DNA from: Octopus bimaculoides
Lineage: Eukaryota
Assembly (NCBI RefSeq): GCF_001194135.2
Contig: NC_068984.1
Span: forward strand, 79,845,675-79,909,674
Direction: 5' to 3'
Length of the DNA: 64,000 nucleotides
Shown here: in pieces, positions 49,234-63,619 of the stretch
Layout of the letters: each line of letters starts with the position of its first letter
Position numbering within the stretch: position 1 is the first letter of the stretch
Notes under the pieces: generated by a model
What the model saw: the letters and a program-made list of their open reading frames with translations, nothing else
Databases searched by the model: none
What the model was told of the DNA's origin: nothing
Program-made: the position numbers and the translations under genes

Positions 49234-52188
49234 CTAAAAGGTAATAATCTTACTTGAGAATAGATGCTGTGGGTGTCAATAGGAAGGGCATTAGGCTATA
49301 GAAAACTCTGACCCAACACACTCTTGTTTGATCCATACAAGTAAGCATGCAAAAGTAAACAATGATAAAAGGCTGAATGATGATGATGATGATGGTGGGG
49401 GCGATGGCAGTGGTGAAGGATAAAAAGCAAATTTTAACTCAGACTTTATGTATATACATTGGCAATAGGCCAGTTACTGCAGTGTTTGTCCTGAAATAAC
49501 ATCTCTTATGGACTTGCTGTGTCAAAAACGTTCTGTTTAAAAAGCAATTATGGCAAGTAATTGGCCTACAGACAGTGTATATACTTTGAGTATGATATAC
49601 AAATGGTTATTTTAATTTAATACTGCTTCAATTGTTAGTACAAGGTTTTTAACTCAAAATTTAAAGAGATAGCTCCAAATATTATGTGGCAGTTCTCCCA
49701 GCATTTATTCTGCCAATGTACTGTTGTGTTATCCAGTAACAAATGGAAATGAATATGGATGGGAAACAAATTATTAAAACTTTCCTTCTCAATTAGTTCC
49801 CTTCCTTTTGTTACCATATTTCTGTGTTTCAATTAAATTCCTAATTAATCATGAGTTTAGACTAGTTTTATGATACAACTATAACTTTCGTTTTTATTGA
49901 TACATTAAGGTGATGCCTGGAACACAAGTTGACAAAAGGCTCTTACATAAATCTATGATGCCGATTTTGTTTCAAAACTACTCTAATTTCTGATAAACTC
50001 AGTGAAAATTTGGTTTAAAAATCACCATATGATGTGAGTTGTTAATCAATATTCTGCTGGGATTATATAACAACTGTAGAATATATTAAAATTGTGCTAT
50101 AAATTATCAGTTGATCTTGAATGCATATAAAACAGGTGTACCATAAAGGTAGACTGGCATGAATTACTGGAATTTATTAAAATGTTTGAAGAATACTACA
50201 ATATGAAATAAATTCAGGTACATAGGTATAAATACACATGCATACATTCACATCATAAAAATGGATAAAATGAAGCAAAATTTGTCACTTAACATATGAG
50301 TAAATATTAATTGTAGAAAATTTGAAAATAAATTATTTTATGAAATTAAATCATACATATATCATTAAGGTAGTCCTCCAGCATGGCTGCAGTCAAATGA
50401 CTGAAACCAGTGAAAGAGTAAAAGAATACAAGTTGCGGACATGGCTGTTAAGAAGTTTGTTTCACAACCATGTGGTTTCAGGTTCAGTCCCACTGTGCAA
50501 CTCCTTGAGCAAGAGTCTTCTACTATGGCCCTAAGTCAAGCAGAGCCTTGTGAAGGATTCTTGGAGGTTTACATTCTTTATCTATGGACCCCTTTGATTA
50601 TTATTTTTATTCTGATCAACCCCCATAGCTATTCAATGTTTAAAAACTGGTTTCATAGAAACTTCTTTCAAAATTCCTATTTTGGTTTCTTACACATTAA
50701 CTTGTGTAAGTTGAACTATGTAACATGTTAGAGAAAGAAACCTAGCTGTTTCTTGCAATACATACCAATACATACATCTAAAGCAAAATTTTTTCAGGGG
50801 TTCTTAAAATGATATTGTGGATCCTCAATTTACTCTTTTATTGTGTCGAACCCCAAAAGTCTTATATGGACCTTCAAGGGCCATATGGACTTTGGTTCAG
50901 AATCACAGTGTTAAATGGAAACTGAAAGAAGCTCGTGTGTGTGTGTGTGTGTGTGTTTGTCCCACCACTACTTGACAACCAGTGCTGGTTTATGTGCCCA
51001 TAACTTAGCAGTTCGGCAAGAGAGACTGACAGTATAAGTATCAGGTTTAAAAAAGAATAAGTACTGGTGGTGATGATGGTGCAATAATTAGCTAATATCA
51101 GGGGTCTTCTATCATAGCATCTGCTCCAACAAAACATGTGTGAAATACAGAAGATAGAAACCATGTAGTAATTTGTTGTACAGACCTTTCATGTTCTTTG
51201 GACAGCAAACTTAATTTCTCACCACTGCCTAACCCCTGGATGCATATAGTCCATCGTGTTGCATGTATTGATGCCAGATCTGTAGTCTGAAGATAACTTC
51301 CTTCCTGACTATCTGCCTGCCTGCCTGCTTGCTTGCTTCCTTCCTTCCTTCCTTCCTTCCATCCTTCCTATCCTATCCTAATGTCCATATAAAAAATACC
51401 ATGAATGCTACCCTTTCATGTCAAAGACAAGTATCCTTAATACAGTTGTTTACGTGCTTTATAGAATTACTGGAGCTTCTTTTTCCACATTGTATTATTT
51501 GAAGGATATTGGAGCTATTTTTTCAAACATACAAATAACTTTAAAAGAAAACAATTTTACAGTTAGAAATTTTATTATTATTTTTTTAAATATAATAAAC
51601 TATTGTTTACTTTGCCTTTTATGAACCATACTTGTGTATAACAACATTATAAATTTTGGTTCTCAAGACTCTTAAATATTAGTATGGATTTTCAAAAGAC
51701 TTTAATTATACTTTTAGAATTACTAAGCTAAAAATGTAGAAAAAAATAATTCAATTATTCTTTTCCTTGTTTTGTTAATGCTACTGTATGTAACAAAATT
51801 ATGAATAACATGTTTTTCAAGGTGCTCTCATATATTTCTATGGATTTTTAAAAAATCTTGAATTATATATTTTTCGAAATTTGCAGTACACTTAGATAAC
51901 TCATGCAGTGCACCAATATATTACAGCATGCTAAACATTGTGTGTTGACTGAGATTTAGCTGAGCTGCAACATCTAAGTAGATAAAGAGATTGTACTGAA
52001 GATTCTTTGCCGTGTCATGTTTTAAGCCCCTATTTTATTTCCAGACCACTTAAAACCTGATTGTATTTAATCTTTTTCATACCAGCCCACTTTCTTCTTT
52101 TAAAATGAACTAAATTAAAATCTATCAAAATTTCATTTTAATTTGTTCCAAACACCAAGATATTTTACTGAAGTTACTATTAGTTTAA

Positions 52189-52397
52189 ACCTTTAGTGTT
52201 CCAATTACTTTGTCACACGTAATGTTTATATATTCACATTGTTTTAAATTAATCACTCATTATCTTGTAAATTCGAGATTTTTATATGATTGTTTAATTT
52301 TACAATGATATAGGTGTGAGAGACCAGATCTAGCTGGTTTGAATATAAAACAGGTAGAATATTTTGGTCAGATATGGTTGGTTTAAATGCTAAAGAG
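52189..52397. mobile_element. TTAA-flanked piggyBac-type MITE, copy 3 (more diverged)
   Basis: TTAA|acctttagtgtt ... aatgctaaagag|ttag; shares taggtgtgagagaccagatct and taaaacaggtagaatatt with copies 1 and 2. Confidence 0.65.
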
Positions 52398-55300
52398 TTA
52401 GATGTTTGTGCATTTCAATGGAACTGTTATATCAAAAAAAGTTAAATCAAAATATCAAGGTAAATCTTGTTGCTGCATTAGTGATACTCTGATGTCATTA
52501 GGTAAATACTTGCCATATGCCATCTGATATTGTTACTATGTGAATATTGTGATTTGAGACTATTTTTTTCCATACCTTTTATTCTATAGCATTTTATCCT
52601 TGTTTAATAAAAATAAAAAAAAACGATACAGCAGATTCAAATTCAGTGTGAGAATCATAGTTACTAACATCATTGTTAAAATATATTTCAGCTTCCTTCG
52701 TAACAATTAAAACAGGCATTTAGTATGTACATCTTAAAGTAAGACTTCTGACCCTGATCAAAAGAAACAGCCTTAAAAAGGCAGCGAACTCTTATACATA
52801 CACACACATCAAAGGAACTTTACCCAACTTACTGTAACCAACATAGATCACTCCATCAATAAAGGAGACAGAAATTGGACTTTCCCACCCTGTAACCTTT
52901 TTTGGCAAAATTTCCTTAACTAAAATCCCCAAACGTTCACCCAGTACTGGTAAAGTTTGCTTCTTGAGTCATTTCAACTCACAAGATCCAGTTTCTTGGT
53001 TTCCATAGTGTGTATATTCTCCACCTGGATGGGGCACCAGTCTGTCACAGGATTACTCATTTTTGCTAGCTGAGTGGACTAGAGCAACATGAAATGAAGT
53101 GTTTTGCTCAAGAATACAGTGCATCACCTGGTCCTGGAATTGAAACCACAATCTTATGATCATGAGTTCAACACCCTGACCACTAAGTCACCCACCCCCA
53201 CTCACCAAGTACTGAGAGAACAATATACCTCTACAGATAGCAAAGTAAATTAAAGTGAATGAGTTGATTTAAGATTAAAAGAAACCACACAAGACTAAAT
53301 AAATTCACTCCAAAGTCTCTGGACAAAAATTCATAAACTCATCTTTGACTCTTACTAAAAATTTAATTAAAACAAATGTAAAAAAAAAAGACATGTATGG
53401 AGTATCCAAGTCTTCCAATCAAATTCACAAGAACAAGAAGACAGATTACTTGATATGTTCAGTTATAACCTATACCCAGATAATAAAGTAAATGCTAAAA
53501 AGAAACATAATCATGAAAAAAAATTTAATTTAAGGTTATAGAAAATCCATATTAACACATGAGCATGTTGAAGAATATGTTATTCATAATTTTGTTACAT
53601 ACAGTATGATTAAAAAAAATAAATTAAATAATAATTATTTTTCTCAATTTTTTAAAAACTTTAAAACAATTTTTTAAAAGTTTTCATGTGAAGTGCATCA
53701 GTAATTTAAAATATAATTAAAGTCTTTTGAAAATCCATACTAATATTTGAGTGTCTTGAAAACCGTAATTCATAATGCTGTTATACACAAGTATGATTAA
53801 TAAAAGACAAAGCAAACAATGGTTTGCTATATCTTTTATAAAAAAAATCTGAACTGTAAAACTGCTTTCTTTTAAATTTTCCATGTTTCCTTGCAAAACA
53901 TGTCAGTCATTTTTTTTTTAACTTTTCACTTAAAATATGACAATGATTTTTGTTTGATCATCATTATGCTATGAAGTTAGAAATATCAGAACTACTGTTT
54001 TAATGTCTCTATTACAGAAATTATCATTCTAAGTTCTAAAACTATAGAACAGCATAGTCAAAATAAATCTGTACAACTAAACTACTGATTTAATTGCTTA
54101 AAGGACCAAAATCTAAATCTCTTTCTGAATTGCAAGAATTCAAAAGGTTATGGTGATCATTTTCACTTTCTATAGCAACAAATAGATGAGAAGTACAGGT
54201 TCTCCTGGATAGGTGACAAGTCTAATGCAGATATTAAAAAAAAAAATTTTTGACAAAGAAAGTGAAGAACTTAACATTACAATCCTTCATCTAAACACTC
54301 ACTAAATGTTCAATATCACTTTACTAGACCAACAATGGTATGAGCTAATAATGGAACCTCAACATAGTTGTTACTGGTGTTGTTGCTATTGTTGTTGTTG
54401 TGGTGGTAATAGTGGTGTAGATCCATGCCACACCTGCAGGCAGTTCTGACAAGATGCTATCGATCCAAGAGATGGTAGACAGATGAAAGCCATAGGTGGG
54501 TAGTTTTGCTAGGATATTCACAAGTCAGATATGGCTGAATTGTCAAGAAAATGCATTTATATTTGAGAGGAAAAATTGATTTTAGCCAACAAATCTGAAA
54601 ATATTTTCTTAACTGATATATAAACACTAAATTTATATTGAAAGAATATTTTTGTGTAGGTAAAACCATTAAAATTGTGAAAGCAACAAGAACTGATGTA
54701 AGGATTAAAGATTGCTCAAACTTTAAATAATAATGCTTTAAATTGCTGATTGTTAGAATTATTAAAGAACAAAATGAATAAGAAGAAATAATGTTTCCTT
54801 TTGGCTTTTTCTTTTTAAAAATAAAGTACCAAATGCTTCAGGTAAATTTAAATTTAAAAGAGTCAGCTTATAGAATAGTTATATATAGGAATTATTACAA
54901 TTGCATATAAAAATTTATTTAAAAAAGAGAAAACCCTAACATTAGGGAAAATAATAACTCCAGGCAAATATCTATAGAAGCCTAAAATATTTTAAATGGT
55001 TTTACTTGTGTTAAAATATTCCATAGATTATTTGAGGTTCATGTTTCCTTAGGGGTTATTTGTGGTTCATTTTTTGTTAAAGGATTGCTGCTTCAGTTAC
55101 AATGAGGTATTTGTACTTCAGCTATTGAACACCTCTCTTCAATTCGTCACATTCCTCTTTCCTTTAATGCCTCAAATATGGTATGTGACCTGAAGCATAA
55201 AGACAAGTTGTTTACTGAAGCAACTATGGAAAATAATGAAAGCACTCCAATTAATTAAAATGATTGAGATAAGGCCCTTGTCAATCTACATTTCCTCTTG

Positions 55301-55859
55301 ACTGACTTGATCTCAATAGAGAACAGCAAATGGAACAACTCCAGTAAAATATACTTTTACCTTTCAACACCTGCTACCAGAAACATTATGAAAATAAAAA
55401 GGCAAAAAAAAAACATAGGAAAGAAAGAAAACAAAATATAAAGGTCTATTAAAAAATCATTAGCATAAATTTATATGCTTAACTGGCTGAATTATTAAGT
55501 CATTGACTCCTTAGACTACTTACAGTTATGGGGTCAGCTTTGCTTTCATACCTCTGGGATTGGTAAAATAAAGGTGCCTGCTATGTGTGGGGGTTGATCA
55601 ACTAACCATCCACTTTTCTCCCTACAAAACTGTCTTGGGCAAGTGTCTTCTACTATAGCCTCAGGCTGACCAAAGCCTTATGAACTGATTTGGTAGACAG
55701 AAACTGAAAGAAGCCCATCCNNNNNNNNNNNNNNNNNNNNNNNNNNNNNNNNNNNNNNNNNNNNNNNNNNNNNNNNNNNNNNNNNNNNNNNNNNNNNNNN
55801 NNNNNNNNNNNNNNNNNNNNNNNNNNNNNNNNNNNNNNNNNNNNNNNNNNNNNNNNNNN

Positions 55860-55898
<39 letters not shown>

Positions 55899-56571
55899 AT
55901 GTATGTGTGTATGTATGTATCTGTGTCTTTGTGTCTGAGTTTGTCCCTGCTATCACTGCTTGACAACCAGTGCTAATGTGTTTATGTACCCCGTAACTCA
56001 GTGGTTTGGCAAAAGAGACCGATAGAATAAGTACAAGGCTTAAAAAATAAACCCTGGGGGTTGATTTGGTCATCAAAAAACCCCCTTTAAGGAGGTGTTT
56101 CAGCATGACCACAATCAAATGATTGAAACAAGTAAAAGAATAAAAGAATTATTTCATAAGAAGAACCATGATAGGCAGCAATATCTGTTTTGGCATTGCT
56201 TCCGTGGCTGGATGCCTCTACTAACACCCACCATTTTACAGTATGCTAGATGTTTTTGTCATGGCACCACTGCTAGTGAGTTTGCTTTCAACTTACATGG
56301 CAACATAGCCCAAGGGGTCCCCAATAAATAAAAGTGAATAGGAGATAGAGGTGTGTGTGTGTGCCTGTGTGTGAATGTGTTTCTTCTCCACTACTTGATA
56401 AGTGGTGGTGGATTGTTTATACCCCTGTAACTTTGCAGTTTGGCAAAAGAGAATGATTGAATAAGTATCAGGCTTAACAAAACAATAAGTACTGGCACTG
56501 ATTTGTTCAACTAAACACTTCAAGACAGTGCCCCAGCATGGTCACAGTTCAATAACTGAAACAAGTTAGAA

Positions 56572-56745
56572 GTATCGTCGTCGTCGTTTAACGTCCGCTT
56601 TCCATGCTAGCATGGGTTGGACAATTTGACTGAGGACTGGTGAAACCAGATGGCTACACCAGGCTCCAATCTGATTTGGCAGTGTTTCCACAGCTGGATG
56701 CCCTTCCTAACGCCAACCACTCAGAGAGTGTAGTGGGGGCTTTCA
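56572..56745 (-). mobile_element. Young RTE-related 3' end
   Basis: gtttaacgtccgctttccatgctagcatgggttggacaatttgactgaggactggtgaaaccagatggctacacc, nearly identical to 9520-9690. Confidence 0.8.
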
Positions 56746-56802
56746 CACACACACATATATGTATATATACACACATATATATAACATATCCATATATACA
56801 TG

Positions 56803-56840
<38 letters not shown>

Positions 56841-59092
56841 TATTTATTTATTTATTTATATATAAGTGTGTTGATGCAAANNNNNNNNNNNNNNNNNNNN
56901 NNNNNNNNNNNNNNNNNNNNNNNNNNNNNNNNNNNNNNNNNNNNNNNNNNNNNNNNNNNNNNNNNNNNNNNNNNNNNNNNNNNNNNNNNNNNNNNNNNNN
57001 NNNNNNNNNNNNNNNNNNNNNNNNNNNNNNNNNNNNNNNNNNNNNNNNNNNNNNNNNNNNNNNNNNNNNNNNNNNNNNNNNNNNNNNNNNNNNNNNNNNN
57101 NNNNNNNNNNNNNNNNNNNNNNNNNNNNNNNNNNNNNNNNNNNNNNNNNNNNNNNNNNNNNNNNNNNNNNNNNNNNNNNNNNNNNNNNNNNNNNNNNNNN
57201 NNNNNNNNNNNNNNNNNNNNNNNNNNNNNNNNNNNNNNNNNNNNNNNNNNNNNNNNNNNNNNNNNNNNNNNNNNNNNNNNNNNNNNNNNNNNNNNNNNNN
57301 NNNNNNNNNNNNNNNNNNNNNNNNNNNNNNNNNNNNNNNNNNNNNNNNNNNNNNNNNNNNNNNNNNNNNNNNNNNNNNNNNNNNNNNNNNNNNNNNNNNN
57401 NNNNNNNNNNNNNNNNNNNNNNNNNNNNNNNNNNNNNNNNNNNNNNNNNNNNNNNNNNNNNNNNNNNNNNNNNNNNNNNNNNNNNNNNNNNNNNNNNNNN
57501 NNNNNNNNNNNNNNNNNNNNNNNNNNNNNNNNNNNNNNNNNNNNNNNNNNNNNNNNNNNNNNNNNNNNNNNNNNNNNNNNNNNNNNNNNNNNNNNNNNNN
57601 NNNNNNNNNNNNNNNNNNNNNNNNNNNNNNNNNNNNNNNNNNNNNNNNNNNNNNNNNNNNNNNNNNNNNNNNNNNNNNNNNNNNNNATATATATATACAT
57701 ATATATACACATATATACATACACATATATATACATACATACATACATACACATATACATACAAATACAACACACATACATATATACACACATACATACA
57801 AATACAACACACATACATATATACATACACATGCACACACATATATATATATATTTGTGTATATATATATATATACATATATATATGTGTGTTTGTGTGT
57901 GTATATATATATATGAATATGCATGCATGTATATGTATGTATGTAATGTATGTATATTGCGTACAATGACATACACGCACACACATTGTCTTTGGTGTAT
58001 AGTTCTCTTTCTGTGTGCCTGTATGTCAACACAAAGAAGAACGAATTGTTTGAAACCTATTCAGCTATATAGAATGCATTAATGTTTAAATGTGATTTCA
58101 TTTACGCCTTAGCACATTCTATAATTGTTTGAGGAAGAAGAAAAGGCTATTCAGTTTTCAAGAATGGAAAAGAAAGAAAGAAAGAAAATCAGAGAAGAAA
58201 AAGGGCGAGAGAAAAAGAGTAGGTGTTAGTGGGGGTGTAGATGACAAAAATAAGTATTGAATTGAAATATATCAAATAAATAAAAAATAAAAAAGGTAAA
58301 AATAAAATTGGAAAATAGAACAACAAAACAAAAAGAAAAACAAGAGCGAAATGTTAAGAAAGAATAAAATTGAATGAAAAACTGTTAGAAATATGAAACC
58401 CACAAAAATATCAACAAGAAAGATGGAGGGGAAAATGACAGGAAAGAAGAAAGCTTAATACTTATGTTGATGGTGATGGTGGTAGTGGTGATGATGATGA
58501 TGAAGACATAAAGCTAATGTTTCTTTCATTTAATAAATAAATTGTTGTTTCTTTTTATGTTTCTTTTTCTGTGAAATTGTCATGGTTATTGATTTTCTTT
58601 TCACATGATGGCTTAGTTCCATGCTGATTTTGGTGTAGTCATTCAAAATAGCAATCCCCTAACATGTTACTGATAAATGTAACAATTATATTTGGACTCC
58701 ATACCAGTATGGCCAAGATGTTTGTTTCACAGCCATATATGGTTTTCGGTTCAGTCTTACTGTATGACACCCTTGGTCTAGTATCCTCTGTTCATAGCCA
58801 CCAGGCTGACTGATTGCTGCTGTGTGAGTAGAATCTGGTTGATGGTAAATGTGGGCCAAGAATCAGCAAAATTGTTTAGAGCTTGAATACAATGTCTTGT
58901 AGTACTTGTTTGGAATCTCTGCATTCTGAATTCAGATCTCTTGGGGATAGCTGTGTAGTTAAGAAGCTTGCTTCTGAACCATGTGCTTATGAGTTCAGTC
59001 CCATCATGCAGCACCTTTGGCAAGTCTGTTCTCAGGCCAACCAAAAGCTTGTGAGTAGATCTGGTAGACAGAAACTGAAAGAAGCACATCTT

Positions 59093-59152
<60 letters not shown>

Positions 59153-59247
59153 TATATATATACACACACACATATATATATATATATAAGTAAATGTTGA
59201 ACAATAAGAATGAGTGCACAACATGGCATTGGAGAATAAAGTTTCTT

Positions 59248-59458
59248 TATTTGTGTATTAAAGCTACCATTGGTTTCCCTGTTAAGAAAAAATATCTTAG
59301 TATCTTAACAATTTTTGAAGCCAATCACATGGAGGAGTGATATTCATTTCCAAAATGGAGATGAACAACATTCCTCCATGTGATCAGCTTGAAAAATTGT
59401 TAAAATATGAAGATATTTTTCTTAACATCAGACCAATGGTAGCCTTAATACACAAATA
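59248..59458. repeat. 211-bp near-complete palindrome (hairpin-type MITE)
   Basis: About 90-bp arms: tatttgtgtattaaagctaccattgg..tgttaagaaaaatatctt..ttaacaatttttgaagccaatcacatggagg matches the reverse complement of the right arm; the centre ttcatttcca-aaa-tggagatgaa is also self-complementary. Confidence 0.85.
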
Positions 59459-59858
59459 CACACACACACACACACACACACACAAACCATAAAGTTAGGA
59501 GGTATGAGAGATCAATGTATATTTCTTTAACCACAAGACTTCCATAAGATTATGTCTGTTTCACAGCCTTTTTTATGTAATATTGGTTACAAATTCTGGC
59601 ACAAGGCCAGCTTCTGCATCTAATATTAGTTTCGGTATAGAAGAAATTATGCATACATGTTTGCATTAATATGTATGCTTGGCATTATATAATACGATTG
59701 CATATTCACCAGATCTTCTGGACTTTCAGTTACATGGACACTACATTAATTACACTTTTTTGTAATTGATTATCATGTGGACTGATAGCCAAGTCTGCAG
59801 AAAGAGCTTTCTGTGATAAATGCATAATCCTCTCAAACCACATATTTTACTATTCATT

Positions 59859-59902
<44 letters not shown>

Positions 59903-59929
59903 CTTGTGTGTATGTATGTATCACTCAAG

Positions 59930-60340
59930 GTGGAGGGAAGTTGTGGAAGAGGTTAACCCAGGAAGACATAGGATGGAAGTTCTGAAGGCCGATCTCAAAA
60001 CACTGAACCTTACAAAGGAGATGACAGAGGACTGAGATATCTAGTTCATTCCTGTACTTGAGAAGACCTGTCCACCAAAACAGAATTGAGATTCTAAAAC
60101 CAAGGTGCCACATAAAAAAGCACTGGTCCAGGTACAACTCAAAAAGCACCTGTGATAGTGCCACATAAAAAGCATCCAGTACACTCTGTAAATTGGTTGA
60201 TGCTAGGAATGGCATCCAGCTATAGAAATCAAACCAAGACAGATGATGGGACCTGGATGTGGACCCTAATTTTACCAATCCTTGTCAAACTGCCTGACCC
60301 ATTAAGCATAAAGAACAGATGTTAAATGACAATGATAATA
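59930..60340 (+). mobile_element. RTE-clade LINE 3' end (ORF C-terminus, modular 3' UTR and tail)
   Basis: Degenerate translation VEGSCGRG*PRKT*..VLKADLKTLNLTKEMTED*DI*..VLEKT matches RTE C-termini (GRPRKTW..DL..L...DR..WR); followed by gtgccacataaaaa(a)gca modules and a tail ending gatgttaaatgac. Confidence 0.75.
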
Positions 60341-60348
60341 ATGTATGC

Positions 60349-60406
<58 letters not shown>

Positions 60407-60717
60407 CCTTGTCTAGACATTACATGATGATGGTAAATGAGCATCATATTCATACAAACAGGATTATTTATTTCTAGTCTTCTCTGAAATACATGTCTAG
60501 CTAAAGGAAATTATTACCTTGCATTACCAATGAGAAAACATACATGCATTAATCTTATTCTAATTAACCTTTTTCTAATTATGGTGGGAGTCTCTTTCTA
60601 ATTATGTCAGGAGTCCCTGAATTTCATTCCCCACATATGTGTATGCTTTTTCATTTTCTGTGTATATAGATAAATGTAAATGTTTCGCCAAATAAATTAC
60701 ACTTTATGCTTGAAGCC

Positions 60718-60787
60718 CTGATGAAGCTATGAGATGTTATTCAGACATTCAGCTATCAGTCCACTGCATCTTATAGCAGAAACGGTT
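60718..60787 (+). ncRNA. Hammerhead-like motif with long stem II (probably degenerate)
   Basis: CTGATGA-a-gctatgagatg(30 nt)catcttatagc-a-GAAAC-ggtt; 11-bp stem II including one G-U pair; stems I and III poorly formed. Confidence 0.35.
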
Positions 60788-61058
60788 GAAAGTTAATGAA
60801 ATTCATAAGATCATTGTTTATTTTTTTGTCATCTCAGTTTCTTATTATTGCTCTGCAGCTATTGTAGGGCATCCCCTTCAAGTGCTGCTGCTCATGCAAC
60901 TTAACCTCCCCTCCCCCTTTTTTTGCTAAATCTATTATTTATTCTATCATTCTGTTTTTGCTGAACTGCTAAGTTACAAGGGCATAAAGAAGCTAACGCC
61001 AAATGTCAAATTGTGAAATCCAAACTCAGTGTTAGTTATAAGTTTACATACACACATA

Positions 61059-61273
61059 CAAGGGGGTATTGAAAAGTTCCTAGCTTTAAGGGTATCTTAA
61101 AAGGCCTGATTAGAGGCCCAACCTTCCAAGTATTTTTTTTTATAGGGCTCAGTAAAAATGGACTGCTACAGTGTGTGAATCTGAGAAGGGAATATGTCAA
61201 TTAAAATCATAATTAACTGATCCTCCTGTATTTTCTGTTACACAAAGCCAGGAACTTTTCAGCTCACCACTTC
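61059..61273 (+). mobile_element. mariner-derived MITE, copy 2 (opposite orientation to copy 1)
   Basis: TA|caagggggtattgaaaagttcctagcttt ... aaagccaggaacttttcagc..|TA; interior tgtgtgaatctgagaagggaatatgtcaattaaaatcataattaactgatcc is the reverse complement of copy 1. Confidence 0.75.
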
Positions 61274-63553
61274 TACATACATACCTATTTGCATACATAT
61301 ATACATACATATAATCCTGGAAAAAAGACAAGAAGATCCTGGTTGGAATGTCTTGCCTCATAGATCTGCTCAATCAGGGTTGACCATGGGTTAAACAATT
61401 ATAACATCATTATATATTGAGCAGCAGAATAGCAAAAATATTGATGCTGAACAAAATTCTTTACAATATTCAGTTACAACATTCTTTATATTTTGAGTTG
61501 GAATTATTCTTGTGTTTTTGACATGGCCTTTCATTTTCCTCTAGTGTAGATGACATATCTACCTTATATTGATTTAGTGAACTGACCCCTCTGCAACAAA
61601 TTTGCAGAATTGATGCCAAAGTTAGAACTAGATAGACACATATACACACATATTTATATATGTGTGTATTCATATATCTACATACATGGACACACACACA
61701 TGTATACATATATGTGTTTTCACATACACACACATCATCATCATCATCATTTGATATCCATGCATATCATATGTGTGTATGTATATATGTGAACATACAC
61801 ACACACACATATACATGTATGTGTAACTATCTATTTATCAATCTATCTATCTATCTATCTATCTATCTACTTATCTACCTATCTGTCTATCAGTTTGTTT
61901 GTCTGTCTGTCTGTCTATCTAAACCCATTTAATATACATACATGCATACATACATATAAGTGTATGTATATATGTGAATGCACACACTCACATACACACA
62001 CACACACAATAATCATCATCATCATCATTTAACAAACATATGTTCTTCAATATGTAAAAACAAACATTTTTTTTTTGGCAGGTGGGATATTTTAAATATT
62101 TATTTAGATCTCAATTGCTTAAGAAATGATAGATACATGTAATAATAATAATACATATATGTAATAAATATATTACATATATGTATAAATCCACCATTGG
62201 AATGTGTACAATGGTTATTCAAATAAATTCTTTTAAATATTATATTACTCTGTGGATATTTTGCAATATGAACTGATTAACTACTAAATAAATGAGTTTT
62301 TTTCATAATTCTCATCATTTCCATATTGAGTTTCCATGTTATTGCTAATTGTTTGTGTCTTAAAACATTTTAATACATCTTCTTACCAGAATTTATACCA
62401 TTTATAAACATATATATATATTATATTTCATTTCCCTCAATATATAATTCATATTGCTCTAGCTTTATTTCTTTCTATATTTGTGCAAAACACTTTTGCC
62501 GCAAGGAAAAATGACATGAAAGTATACACCTAAGGGAAATAATTATTTGAGCAGTTCATGAGCATGCAAGATTTTCTTTTTAATAATAAACTGATAGTAA
62601 AAGACATAACTGCTGGGCATCCAGAAGAATTATAATTAAAACATATTGATGTGCAAAAGAGCCTCTTATAGAAAAGCCAATGGCAAACTATAGCAGGAGA
62701 GGTGACAGACGTCATTATAAACAAGTGAGGCTAACCTCTATATATGGTCACTAGAAGTAGCAACCAAATCACTGTCAAATCATTTCCTATTGATTTTAAA
62801 AAGAGAGGACATAGTGGATAATGTAGTCTGGGATGAACTACGTCTCAAAAGACAAGATGGACACGGTTTGTGTGTGACCTTCGGTTGGTTTAATGAAGGC
62901 TGATCTGGGACTAAACATCAGCAACAACTGCCAACAGATTAGCTGCCTATTGAAACACTACTTAATGGTGTCGTTAAACTTGAATGCGTTACTATATTGG
63001 CCACAGGCTGGGTTAGTTTATGATCTGGAAAAGTTGAATTAGGGGAAGGGTGCATCCCTTGCTTTGGACCTGTTGAGGTTATGCGTTTTGGATGATGATG
63101 AAATGATAGAAATACAATAAACTCTAACATAGATTACTTGACCAGAAATTAGTTGAAGAGGGAAGGCAACCAAAGATTTTTTTTCTTTTTTGGACTCTTG
63201 TACATTATAGAATTATGACAATAATATTCAAATTATTGCATTCAAGTTTATTGTGTCACATCACCATGATAAAATGAGTAAAGTATTCATTTCAAATTTT
63301 GGCATAAAACTAACAATTTCGGAGGGGAGGGGGTGTAAGTCCGTTACATCGACCCCCGTTTTCAACTGGTACTTAATTTATCATGCTCCAGAAAGGGATG
63401 AAAGGCAAAGTTAACCTCAGTGGAATTTGAAATCAGAATGTAAAGATAGATGAAACACTGCTAAACATGCTAAATGATTCTGCCAGCAGGCTAAATGATT
63501 CTGACCACCCTGAGCTATTTATCATGCTTCAATTTCCTCATATACGTGTCTGT

Positions 63554-63619
<66 letters not shown>

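Noticed and set aside
49635-49832. LLLDNTTVH as a DDE-transposase motif
   Set aside because: A single short motif with no other catalytic context or TIRs.
59617-59712. Minus-strand CTGGTGA...CCGAAACtaatattag hammerhead-like motif
   Set aside because: Core A6 mutated, no U-H cleavage triplet, and stems I and II do not pair convincingly.
62530-62724. 64-aa minus ORF and nearby plus-frame peptides
   Set aside because: No consistent splice-bounded open frame and no recognisable protein.
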